IMG/VR virus record: IMGVR_UViG_3300031466_000110
Length of the DNA stretch: 64,000 nucleotides
Source of the DNA: a virus
Strand: one strand, 5' to 3'
In this document: positions 36,611-45,742 of the stretch, piece by piece
Layout: each line of letters starts with the position of its first letter
How positions within the stretch are numbered: the first letter of the stretch is position 1
Translations under genes and position numbers: made by a program
The notes under the pieces: model-generated
The model's database searches: none
The model's input: the letters and a program-made list of their open reading frames with translations, nothing else
What the model was told of the DNA's origin: nothing

Positions 36611-37231
36611 TTAACGCCTAGTCAACCCAAGCTTCCGCAAAGAACGATCATAAAGAGCCGCAGTCTTTTTCAGAGGAAAACCCGAATTTACCGGAGAGAT
36701 CGGACGTCCAGTATTGACCGAAAAGTACGCCCCAACTTGCGGTTGCCAAAGGGAATAATTTGCATACTCAGGAACCCGATACACCGCATTCTCAGCCAAA
36801 CCATTTACCCCTGACGCTACCTGTCGCGCTACCGGAAGCAAACCGCAAGCGATCACGTCCACCCCACGAACTTGTCCCGGCTTCTGCAAATGAATATTGA
36901 CATGCCCCGCCAAAACTGCATGCGATTGATCATAACTCGCGTATACCCCTGTGAAAAACAAGAGACTTCCTTGTGGCTTGCCGGGAATGCGAATAATAGC
37001 TGGGTACCCTTGCACCACGTCCACTTTAACATTCGCCTGTTCAATACAAGCCGCCGGATCATCGTCGCCTTCAAGAATATCAGCATCAATCAACACAACA
37101 TTATAAGGAAAACCGCGAGACACTTCTCCAAGATTAAAAGCGAAAAATGCCCGAGGTCTCCCTTCATAGGGCAACCTAACATACTTCGAGCGAAGATGGA
37201 GAACATCAATATCCAAATTTCTAATCTGCAT
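36611..37231 (-). CDS. Hypothetical protein
   Basis: 206 aa, RBS AGGAGGAGGGG. Confidence 0.7.
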   Translation of the reverse strand: MQIRNLDIDVLHLRSKYVRLPYEGRPRAFFAFNLGEVSRGFPYNVVLIDADILEGDDDPAACIEQANVKVDVVQGYPAIIRIPGKPQGSLLFFTGVYASYDQSHAVLAGHVNIHLQKPGQVRGVDVIACGLLPVARQVASGVNGLAENAVYRVPEYANYSLWQPQVGAYFSVNTGRPISPVNSGFPLKKTAALYDRSLRKLGLTRR

Positions 37232-37248
37232 AATAGAACCCCTCCTCC

Positions 37249-37731
37249 TTATAAAGATAAAACCGGGAATGAAGATAATCCCGGAAAGGATGGAATGTGA
37301 AGTTGCTTAGGACTCAATCTACCTTCTACAACTTCCGCATTCCAGTACCCCACATCCGCGTAGGAGAGCGCTGTAGGAATGTCAAAAAAGTGAATTTGAG
37401 CTTGATAATCCGTAACCCAATACCCCTGTACCTCCGTACCGCGCCGCTTCTCACCAAGAACAATAACCGTATCGTTCCGTGAGGGAACATTTCTCCCCTC
37501 TGGGATGAATGGCAACTCGTAACTAAGTCCGTCATACGGACTAAAAACAGGATAGTCCAACGCAGTCGGAACAAAAACACGACCCAACTGAATCTTAAAC
37601 CCATGTTGCATAATCGCAGTAAGCGGCAAATCCCACCACTCACCCGTATAGATTGAAAGCAAACGATACCGATTCCCTGTAAAGAGCGGTTGCCCCTGCA
37701 ACACCGCTACAATTTTGAACTTTCCATCCAT
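37249..37731 (-). CDS. Hypothetical protein
   Basis: 160 aa, RBS GGAGTGGAG. Confidence 0.65.
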   Translation of the reverse strand: MDGKFKIVAVLQGQPLFTGNRYRLLSIYTGEWWDLPLTAIMQHGFKIQLGRVFVPTALDYPVFSPYDGLSYELPFIPEGRNVPSRNDTVIVLGEKRRGTEVQGYWVTDYQAQIHFFDIPTALSYADVGYWNAEVVEGRLSPKQLHIPSFPGLSSFPVLSL

Positions 37732-38056
37732 GACACCAACTCCACTCCAAAAGAATTGAATGGTTATTGTAACTTACCACCTGATCCGAAAGAGAGCGAT
37801 ACAAGTCCATAAACAGGACGATTTCGTTTCCTTTATTATAACATTAAAGTGTTACAGTTAACTACCGAGTTCGTATAGGAAGATTACGCCAAGTACAGCC
37901 GTGAAGAATGAAAATCGTAAATTTTTACACCTTTTTCCGTCTAATATAATATAAAACTCTCTCCTATTAACAAAGCGACCAGCAAGGAATCGGTTGAGGT
38001 TACTTTGAGTCGTAAAATTATGCGATTGTTATAACATTAGTGTCCAAAAACGTTAA

Positions 38057-38092
38057 GAGGGCTGAGAACAAATTGGTCAGTTCTCAACCCTC
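38057..38092 (-). terminator. Imperfect hairpin after gyrB/parE
   Basis: GAGGG.TGAGAAC...GTTCTCA.CCCTC; T tract displaced by several nt. Confidence 0.4.
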
Positions 38093-38110
38093 AAAGTCGG
38101 CAGTATGAAG

Positions 38111-40213
38111 TTAGCCAACTTCCTGTTCAAGCGGAGTGGTTTCCGTATTATCACCAGACTCCAACGCCTCAACAGTTTCAGCCAGAAGCTTCAAATCCAT
38201 ATCCAACGAGATTTTCTCGCTGAGCAGATCGAAGACATAATCCCGACGCTCGTTGTTGACGTCGTTGCCGAACAGCATGTCGGAGATCTTCCGAACCGTC
38301 TCATTCTTCGGATCGATCTTGAGTTGCACCAAACGACGAGTTTCCGGGTTCATAGTCGTATGCCACAGCATTTCCGGGTTATTTTCGCCAAGACCCTTAG
38401 AACGATGAATCTTGCGAATCTTGATACCCTCACGCGCCGCCTTCGCCATGAGCTGGTCGCGCTCCTCAATGCTATAAGCGAACCACGACAGATCATCCGA
38501 GATTTCGAGTTCAAACAACGGCGACTCGACAACGTAGACATAACCATTCTCCAACAGTTTCGGGAACAGCCGCAGGAACAGCGTGAACAGCAGAACCCGA
38601 ATTTGCTGACCGTCAATATCCGCATCGGTTGCAAAGATGATTTTGCTCCAATGGAGCTTCGATTCATCAAAGGTACTAACCCCATCAACCGAAGCATCTA
38701 CCCCGCAACCAAGCGCCTTGATGATGGTCTTGACAACCTCCAACTCAAGGAGCTTGTCGAGCGATAACTTCAGACCATTCGGCGGTTTACCCCGGAGAGG
38801 GAGGATGGCTTGGTAATTAGCGTCACGCGCCTTTTTACAAGAACTACCCGCCGAGTTACCTTCCGTGATATAGAGTTCGGTCTTCTCCGGGTCACGCGAA
38901 ATGCAGTCGACCAGCGTGTCCGGTTTATCAATCGGACGACGGCTGGACTTCGAAGCACGTTCCAGCTTACGGCGTTGGGCTTCGCGTTCTTTCGCTTCTT
39001 TACGCGCTTGCGCGGCGGCGAGTACGCGCTCCACCATGAACATGAAATCTGGCGACTTTTTCGCATATTCGGTTTCCAGAATATCCGCCAGCACGTATTC
39101 AATGTTATCCGCGATAAAAGCGTTGGTTACCCCGTCCTTGGTCTGACCGATGAAGGACGTGACCTCAGTGTTCGAGAAGGAACTGATCGCCACGCTGATA
39201 TAATCCTTATAGTCCATCGGCAGAACAGTCAGCCCTTGCTCACGACCAAGCCGCGAGAAGAAACGCGACAGCACCGCGTCCGTAACCGTGGGATGAACCC
39301 CTTGATTCATTACCCCGGTATTATGGAAGAACATCATGCGGTTTTTGGAGTCCTCCGTAATGGCGAGATAAACGTCCGCCTTAGTACGGAACTTCTTGGT
39401 GCCTTCCTTACCGGAGTTTTTGCGCGTACCGTAGTACATCGCGATGATATTCTCTTCACCGATGGTTTGCCGGAAGTACTTTTCCAGCCCCAGACCTTCG
39501 ATCACAACGGTTCCCTTGCCGTGGCGCAGGTTGGTGAACTCAATCGTCACCTTGTTCAGATGCGCTTGCGGAATCAAGAAGCGCATGAACATCTCGTGCG
39601 TGAAGTCCGTGCTGGTGAAGACCTTATCGTCCGGCTTCCAATGAACGAGCGTACCCGTTTCGTTATTGGGATTTTCCAGTTCGATAGCCGGTCCCATGTC
39701 CAGTGGGTTACCTTCCTTGAATTCCTTCAAGAAGGCTTTACCTTCGCGGTACGAGATAACCTTGCACCAAGCCGAAGTGTACTGCGTCGAGGTTGCACCC
39801 AGACCATTAAGCCCCATCGGGAACTCATAAGCAAGGTCTTTTTCATCTTCAACCTCTTCGGCATATTTACCCCCAGCATACAGCTCATTGAAGACCAAGT
39901 CCCAGTTGTAACGCTGTTCCTTCTCGTTCCAACCCATTGGTACCCCGCGACCGAAGTCACGCACTGAAACGGAACCGTCTTCATGGTAGATGACGATCAG
40001 CTTGTTGCCGTATCCCGAACGGGCTTCGTCCATCGAGTTGCCCACGATCTCAATGACGCTATGAAACGCCCCGTGGACATTGTCCGTACCGAACATAACG
40101 GACACCCGGTCGCGTACCCGTGCCGCGCCTTTCTTGGACGAAATACTATCGTCGTTATACTCCCCTCGAACTTGAGGGGATTCGGATTCCGGCATTTTGT
40201 CCATATCCGACAT
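38111..40213 (-). CDS. Type IIA topoisomerase subunit B (GyrB/ParE family)
   Basis: GHKL motifs EIVGNSMDE, DFGRGVP, GGKY, GLNGLG; TOPRIM EGNSA, PLRGK, DADIDG; KGLGE. Confidence 0.92.
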   Translation of the reverse strand: MSDMDKMPESESPQVRGEYNDDSISSKKGAARVRDRVSVMFGTDNVHGAFHSVIEIVGNSMDEARSGYGNKLIVIYHEDGSVSVRDFGRGVPMGWNEKEQRYNWDLVFNELYAGGKYAEEVEDEKDLAYEFPMGLNGLGATSTQYTSAWCKVISYREGKAFLKEFKEGNPLDMGPAIELENPNNETGTLVHWKPDDKVFTSTDFTHEMFMRFLIPQAHLNKVTIEFTNLRHGKGTVVIEGLGLEKYFRQTIGEENIIAMYYGTRKNSGKEGTKKFRTKADVYLAITEDSKNRMMFFHNTGVMNQGVHPTVTDAVLSRFFSRLGREQGLTVLPMDYKDYISVAISSFSNTEVTSFIGQTKDGVTNAFIADNIEYVLADILETEYAKKSPDFMFMVERVLAAAQARKEAKEREAQRRKLERASKSSRRPIDKPDTLVDCISRDPEKTELYITEGNSAGSSCKKARDANYQAILPLRGKPPNGLKLSLDKLLELEVVKTIIKALGCGVDASVDGVSTFDESKLHWSKIIFATDADIDGQQIRVLLFTLFLRLFPKLLENGYVYVVESPLFELEISDDLSWFAYSIEERDQLMAKAAREGIKIRKIHRSKGLGENNPEMLWHTTMNPETRRLVQLKIDPKNETVRKISDMLFGNDVNNERRDYVFDLLSEKISLDMDLKLLAETVEALESGDNTETTPLEQEVG

Positions 40214-40337
40214 CCTATCTCCTCCTAATCAAGTAATCACGCGATGAAAGAAACTCAATAACGCGTGTAATACATAAAATTTCTCGGTGTTTCACCGCCT
40301 TTAAGGGTGCGTACCATAATATACGAACTATACACCC

Positions 40338-40366
40338 AGTTTAATAGCTTTTTCTGCAGACGTCAA
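40338..40366 (-). promoter_or_regulatory. Sigma-A type promoter upstream of gyrB/parE
   Basis: TTGACG-17 bp-TAAACT. Confidence 0.75.
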
Positions 40367-40460
40367 CAAACTCGACCAAAGACAGAAAATATTCGAAGTT
40401 TAGAAGTAAACTCAATCAGAAAAAAGCAAACTGACAGCAAACTTACCGAAAATGAGTGTA

Positions 40461-41384
40461 CTACCCGCCAAGCAGATCTCGAGTGGATAAGCCAGCGGTG
40501 ACAGAAGAACGCGCGTCAGGTACATTGACAACCTTTTTAATGGGCGTCGGAGCATTACCGCTCTCTCCTTTCGGTTGAAGTTCATACGGAATCAACATGT
40601 CCAAACGGTGTACCCCTAAACCCTCTGGGGCAAGCAGGTACTTCAGACCACGACCACCGACTCCTCTGGAGTAACGAACGCTCCAATACCCCATTACATA
40701 GGTAGGAAGTCCATTTTTCGCCCGCTCCGAAAGAAGATCGGCAAGCGCCGTCCAGCCTTTATCTGTAGTATTAGCAGTTGCCTCAATAAAACACAAGTCC
40801 GCGTTGACGAAATCGTAGTAAGTCAGCTTAGTGTCTGCGACAAAACGAAATCCATCAACAGCGGCGATCAGTTCAGGGGAGTACTCCTTAATGTTAGTGT
40901 TCTCGCTGGCTTCTCGAAGGGTACCGTAAGGATAATCCCCGAGCTTTTGAATACCATAAAGAGTGTGACAGGAAACGAAAGGACATACCCCCAAACCCTT
41001 CTCAAAGGCAAAGCGCATCGCTCCATATACGAAAAGGCGGGTATCAACGACATTCGGATTATGAAAATAGACGCTGAGTCGATACACATTCCCATGATAA
41101 AGAGAACGATTAATATTGGAAAAAAGAGTCTTCATTTCATAGACAGACTCAGGTGTGAAGTTGGAAACCAAACTCGGACGAAATAATGCCTCGTCAACGA
41201 GCGTCGCATCCCGATACTGCGGTGGGATGCGAAGCTGAGAAAACAAATCCTCTCCCGTTGTCTCCAACACCGTTTCCGCAACTTTTACCAAATCGGAACA
41301 ATGCGGACAGGGAACATACCCCTGAGTCTCCAAAAATACGCGCCCTTCCACACAACGGTAAGGACAAAGAGCATTACTGTTCAT
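40461..41384 (-). CDS. DnaC/IstB-like helicase-loader homolog lacking a P-loop
   Basis: N-terminal CPYRC...CPHC zinc knuckle then LRIPPQYRDATL, typical of DnaC/DnaI/IstB N-termini; no GxxGxGKT; ATG 41384 after GGAGGGGG. Confidence 0.55.
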   Translation of the reverse strand: MNSNALCPYRCVEGRVFLETQGYVPCPHCSDLVKVAETVLETTGEDLFSQLRIPPQYRDATLVDEALFRPSLVSNFTPESVYEMKTLFSNINRSLYHGNVYRLSVYFHNPNVVDTRLFVYGAMRFAFEKGLGVCPFVSCHTLYGIQKLGDYPYGTLREASENTNIKEYSPELIAAVDGFRFVADTKLTYYDFVNADLCFIEATANTTDKGWTALADLLSERAKNGLPTYVMGYWSVRYSRGVGGRGLKYLLAPEGLGVHRLDMLIPYELQPKGESGNAPTPIKKVVNVPDARSSVTAGLSTRDLLGG

Positions 41385-41775
41385 GAGCTGATACCCCCTC
41401 CAGCTCAGTTTCACCGTGTTCCTTGAACTTGGTAAAAACCAGCAAGCAGAGATCGTAAATACATGACTTGTAGAACGGATTCTTCATAAGACCCTTCAGA
41501 CCATTTTCCTTCATGGCGTTCGTTACCACAGAAGTCAGGTCTTTCAAAAGATCCTTCGGATATGTAACCTTGGAAGTCACCTCGATACCCAAAGAAGAAC
41601 CGATGGCGTATTTATACAGTTGCTCGTAATGTTCCACGGAAATATCCAAGCGCTCTTGGATATAGAGCGGATTTCCTGCGTCTACCTGATGCTTGATATG
41701 GTTCACGAAAGACCGAACCACTACTCGAGCGGCGTTTCGGATTCTTTCATTCGTTTCTACCATTTTCACTTTCAT
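41374..41775 (-). CDS. Hypothetical protein
   Basis: 133-aa ORF, RBS AGGAGCGGTG. Confidence 0.65.
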   Translation of the reverse strand: MKVKMVETNERIRNAARVVVRSFVNHIKHQVDAGNPLYIQERLDISVEHYEQLYKYAIGSSLGIEVTSKVTYPKDLLKDLTSVVTNAMKENGLKGLMKNPFYKSCIYDLCLLVFTKFKEHGETELEGVSAHEQ

Positions 41776-41801
41776 AACAACACCGCTCCTACATATTCAA
41801 A

Positions 41802-43442
41802 TTAGGTCGCACCTACCTCAACAAACAAATCACAGAGTTCAAAGTTTAACCCATCCACGACCGAGGACGTAATCAGGCTTTGCCCCTGATTGGAGAGCTT
41901 TTGCGCCTCTGAAATACGAAGCTTGAGAACTTTCTCAACGCGTTGCTTCTCCTTCCCCATCATAACAAGCATCCAGATGTTTTTACCGATAACGTCAAGG
42001 GTTCGAATAATACGCCCTTCAACCTGAGTAAGCTTGCCGGGATTAGGGTCAACCGTATAAAGAATACAGTTGTCACAAGAGGTAAGGTCAAGACCGCGAA
42101 TAACATTAGAAATAAGAATATCGTACAACTTATTATTGAAGTCCGCACAGATCTCAGCACGGACGCGAGTGCTTCCTCCACCTTTGCGCCCATTCAAGAT
42201 CGCTACCCGATACCCCTCATCGCGAAGACGAGCCGCTAGTGCTTCCTGTGCCTCAACATACCGACAGTAAATGAACAGTTGCTCCCCCTGCTGACCAACC
42301 ACTTTCTCCGCCAAATGAAGTACCGCCTTGAGCTTTGGCGTAGTCTCCTCATTAAAAAGGATATCGGGTTTCACCATCGTAGGATAGTTGGAGACAAGGT
42401 CATAGAGATTAGTCTTCTTCATGAGCATCTTTTGCTCCGCCGAAAGAGGTAAAAAGACCACCTTGACCGTATTGTCCTCAAACTTCGCCCCAAGATTGGC
42501 ACGGGTACGGGCAAGATAACGCAAAGAAATCGATTCTTTGAAAAAGCTCTCGTTTTTGTACCCCTTTTTCTCCAAGCGACGGAACCGCCCCATCTTTTTC
42601 TCCACAAACAAACGCTCAAACTCCGTTACCGGAGGAAGCAAAAGTGGGTCAACGAGATACAGTTGATTGTAGATATCCCGCAGATTGGTCTCAAAAACCG
42701 TAGCATTGAGCAAAATGCGACGCGGAATGAACTTAAACAGAGCTTTCGCCGCATCATAAAGATCCGTCGTCGAGTTTTTAAGCGCACTACTTTCATCAAA
42801 AATGATCAAGTCAAAAGGATGCTTCGAAACACGCGCAAGAAATTCCGGATTAAGCAGAATGGCATGGGTCGCCACGACGTGATGAGAGTACCCCTGCGGG
42901 TTACGTTGGAAGAACTTCTCCACTTCCACCTTGGTACCACTCTCAATCAAGTCCACATAATCACCAGTGAACTTGATGAATTTATCCTGTATTTGCGCGG
43001 CAGAACTCTTCTCCGCAAGAAAAAGAGCGCGAAACGGTGGTTTACCTTCAGCTTCAAAGCGTTTTTCCCAACAGCGAATCAACCCGGCGGCTTGCACCGT
43101 TTTCCCTACCCCTACATCGTCTCCAAGCAAAAGCGAACCCGCATAGTACATATACGCTACACCAATCGTCTGCTCCGGGCGCAAGGTACCAACAGGCATA
43201 TTGTCCTTGAAACGACTGGAGTACCCCTGAAGGGTACCGTGTTGCTTAAGATACTGCTCTGCCTCATACTTGATTTGCAAAACAGTATGCGTCGGAAGAT
43301 CGTAAATACAATGCCGGAGCGACTCCACCTCCCCCACCTTGGCGAGACGCAGAAGGATGTCCGCTGTTTCCGCAGACAGAGAACCTTGATAGTATTTTCC
43401 TTGATAAATCGCACTCCCTCTAGTTTGCGTCATGATGACCAC
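41802..43442 (-). CDS. SF2 (SNF2-like) helicase
   Basis: LLGDDVGVGKT, IIFDESS, LLNAT, QVEGRIIR. Confidence 0.85.
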   Translation of the reverse strand: MVIMTQTRGSAIYQGKYYQGSLSAETADILLRLAKVGEVESLRHCIYDLPTHTVLQIKYEAEQYLKQHGTLQGYSSRFKDNMPVGTLRPEQTIGVAYMYYAGSLLLGDDVGVGKTVQAAGLIRCWEKRFEAEGKPPFRALFLAEKSSAAQIQDKFIKFTGDYVDLIESGTKVEVEKFFQRNPQGYSHHVVATHAILLNPEFLARVSKHPFDLIIFDESSALKNSTTDLYDAAKALFKFIPRRILLNATVFETNLRDIYNQLYLVDPLLLPPVTEFERLFVEKKMGRFRRLEKKGYKNESFFKESISLRYLARTRANLGAKFEDNTVKVVFLPLSAEQKMLMKKTNLYDLVSNYPTMVKPDILFNEETTPKLKAVLHLAEKVVGQQGEQLFIYCRYVEAQEALAARLRDEGYRVAILNGRKGGGSTRVRAEICADFNNKLYDILISNVIRGLDLTSCDNCILYTVDPNPGKLTQVEGRIIRTLDVIGKNIWMLVMMGKEKQRVEKVLKLRISEAQKLSNQGQSLITSSVVDGLNFELCDLFVEVGAT

Positions 43443-43446
43443 CTCA

Positions 43447-43785
43447 TTATATCAAAACATTAAGCGTGGGGGTGAAATCCATTCGAAGCGGTTCCGACAA
43501 AGAAGGAGCATTAACGCTCCGCTTAAAATCCTGATAACACAAACAAAGCAAACGTTGCTTTTCCTTGTTCAACGGATTCGCAGAATAATGCACATATTGA
43601 GCAACGAGTGCTTCCGCATACTTATTCCCTTGTTTACAGTACTCCCCAACGACGCGACCTTCCCCGTGATCCTCCAAATTCGCCAGAACAGTGCGAAGAC
43701 TGACCAGCGGACGCCGCGCTCCTTTGCGATAAGGATCGAACTTATTCTTCGGCTTTGCCGCTTTATGTGAAGTCGACTTAGACAT
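43447..43785 (-). CDS. Small basic hypothetical protein
   Basis: ATG 43785 after GGGGGTTG (ORF track starts at 43935). Confidence 0.6.
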   Translation of the reverse strand: MSKSTSHKAAKPKNKFDPYRKGARRPLVSLRTVLANLEDHGEGRVVGEYCKQGNKYAEALVAQYVHYSANPLNKEKQRLLCLCYQDFKRSVNAPSLSEPLRMDFTPTLNVLI

Positions 43786-43879
43786 ATACAACCCCCAGAA
43801 AAATTGATACCTATATAAGATATCTGCGATGAAAAGTACAGAAAGGTAACTATGAGTCAAAAATAAAGCTGGACTGCCC

Positions 43880-44083
43880 TTAAAAGAGCAGTCCAGCTTG
43901 CAGACAAACCTTAACTTCCTCGAAAACTTCCGCATCTAGAATAGCAAACCCGGATTCCGAAAGTTGAAGTAAGGCAAGATACCCCTGCGGGGTCACGTGG
44001 AGATTGTGGTAAAAGAGATAGGTAGAGACACGAATCCCTTCAAACTTAGGTACATAGAGTAAGTAAAGCAGATCCCCTCTCAA
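43880..44083 (-). CDS. Possible small hypothetical protein
   Basis: 67-aa TTG-start ORF filling an intergenic gap; weak RBS. Confidence 0.35.
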   Translation of the reverse strand: MRGDLLYLLYVPKFEGIRVSTYLFYHNLHVTPQGYLALLQLSESGFAILDAEVFEEVKVCLQAGLLF

Positions 44084-44123
44084 TAGTCATCACCAATAAT
44101 AGTGTACCCCCGAGTAGGGAACG

Positions 44124-45011
44124 TTATACATCCTCTTTGACATCCGAAAGTACGATACTACCCCTGCAGACACTCCCGTTAACCTTCTTCGGACAGTAGT
44201 ACGTATGAAGCGGGTGAGACAAACGCTTCATGCGCGTGAAGGTATGCCCGCACTTATCGCAACGATACTCATACCGCCAATCAAGTGACTCACTGCAGTA
44301 AACCGAGATATTGAACCCATGTTGATTATTCATCGTATGCATCATACCTTTGAACTCCGCACCATGCCCCTTGCCCGGAAAACGAACATGGATCATCTCA
44401 TGCAAAAGAACGTCACGAAACTCTTCCGGCGTTCGGTTGCGAAGTAAAGAAGAAAGCTCAATACGCCCCGGAAACGTTTCAACGATACGCCGATTATACC
44501 GACGAACTCGGTAACGATAACGACCCCAAGTACGGGAAAGGCGTGGATTCCACTTGATTCCTATATAAGTAGGTAACACACCCCCAAAATACTGCTGGTT
44601 ATACTGATTATACAAGAGCTTAAGTTGCGTGTCCGTCCCCTGCATGTTCGAATACCCCAAGAGCGTTGCTACGGTATCGTACTGCATAGTCGGGGCGTCC
44701 CCGCCCTTATCCGAAGGAACCATATACTGCTCACCCTGTAAAACCAACGGAAGCGGATTAACAAGTGCGGTATCCCGATGGATCGTAAAATCGGGATGTC
44801 CTGAAATGTCCTGATGTTCACCAAAATCTTTCACAATAAGGTTGTAGGTATCGAGGTCGATATCATATACACGTTCGTTACGTCCAGAAAAAGACCTCGA
44901 ATTCAACGAACGAGAAGAACGAACGGATTCAAGCGCAACTCGTTTTCCCACAACCTGTCCACCCAACAAAAGATCATGCAAGGTGCGCAAAATGTACCCC
45001 GAACTAGACAT
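44124..45011 (-). CDS. SprT-like zinc metalloprotease
   Basis: LLHEMIH, HGAEFK, C-terminal YRCDKC...YCP..CRG zinc ribbon; ATG 45011 after GAGGGAGGGG. Confidence 0.85.
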   Translation of the reverse strand: MSSSGYILRTLHDLLLGGQVVGKRVALESVRSSRSLNSRSFSGRNERVYDIDLDTYNLIVKDFGEHQDISGHPDFTIHRDTALVNPLPLVLQGEQYMVPSDKGGDAPTMQYDTVATLLGYSNMQGTDTQLKLLYNQYNQQYFGGVLPTYIGIKWNPRLSRTWGRYRYRVRRYNRRIVETFPGRIELSSLLRNRTPEEFRDVLLHEMIHVRFPGKGHGAEFKGMMHTMNNQHGFNISVYCSESLDWRYEYRCDKCGHTFTRMKRLSHPLHTYYCPKKVNGSVCRGSIVLSDVKEDV

Positions 45012-45030
45012 CAAATACCCCTCCCTCACG

Positions 45031-45061
45031 AAAACAGAAGCTATACCGAGTATAGCTTCTG
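45031..45061 (-). terminator. Intrinsic terminator after tdk
   Basis: 12-bp stem CAGAAGCTATAC/GTATAGCTTCTG plus TTTT. Confidence 0.8.
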
Positions 45062-45100
45062 CTTTGAAAGAGGATCAACCTTATTCGATTGAGTGTTAAA

Positions 45101-45721
45101 TCAATGTCCGTTTCGCCTTTTACGAATTTCCGGGAATTTACCAGTCTTTCGAGCGAGATTGTAGCAAGAACGACAAACCGAACGGTAGATGTCCTTATCA
45201 CCTACCAAAACCTGCTCACCCTCAAAGACCGGAATTTGTGCCTTCGGATCAAGGCGAAGGTTGAACAGCGCCTTACGGTTACAGCACCAGCAAATGGCTT
45301 TACTCTCACGAATATCATCCGCAATCTCAAAGAGCCGTTTGCTCGCCGGGAAGATTTTTGTCTGGAAGTCCGAACGCAAACCAAAATGCATAACCGGGAT
45401 ATTCAACTCGTCAACGATACGAGCCGTCTCGTCAATGTGAGCTTCCGTCAAGAAATGACACTCATCAACGAGAATGAGATCAACCGGATTCTGCTGTGCA
45501 AAACGGAACATAGAACCGTCTGCTACCAAACCCACCACCAAGTCAACCTTCACACAAAGATCTTTGGCGCGAGAGTAAATTACACCGGGGTTGCGAGTGT
45601 CGATGATCGACTTGAAGGTAGCAACCTCTTTACCACACTCCAAATAGGAGTGCCGAATGTTCAATATTTCATTGGACTTACCAGAATTCATCGTCCCGTA
45701 ACGGAAATACAATTTCGCCAT
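45101..45721 (-). CDS. tdk: Thymidine kinase (TK1 type)
   Basis: YGTMNSGKS, ILVDECHF, FGLRSDF, C-terminal zinc site CWCC...VCRSC. Confidence 0.93.
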   Translation of the reverse strand: MAKLYFRYGTMNSGKSNEILNIRHSYLECGKEVATFKSIIDTRNPGVIYSRAKDLCVKVDLVVGLVADGSMFRFAQQNPVDLILVDECHFLTEAHIDETARIVDELNIPVMHFGLRSDFQTKIFPASKRLFEIADDIRESKAICWCCNRKALFNLRLDPKAQIPVFEGEQVLVGDKDIYRSVCRSCYNLARKTGKFPEIRKRRNGH

Positions 45722-45742
45722 TAAATTCGACCCTTTCTGCGA

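Noticed and set aside
37732-38110. tRNA or known riboswitch in the larger intergenic regions (also 28109-28530 and 40214-40460)
   Set aside because: No cloverleaf, T-loop GTTCRA with matching stems, or recognisable aptamer core seen by eye.
31212-40213. Inteins or introns in dnaB and the topoisomerase genes
   Set aside because: Motif spacing is normal; no C/S...HN splice ends or LAGLIDADG motifs; extra length is low-complexity tails.
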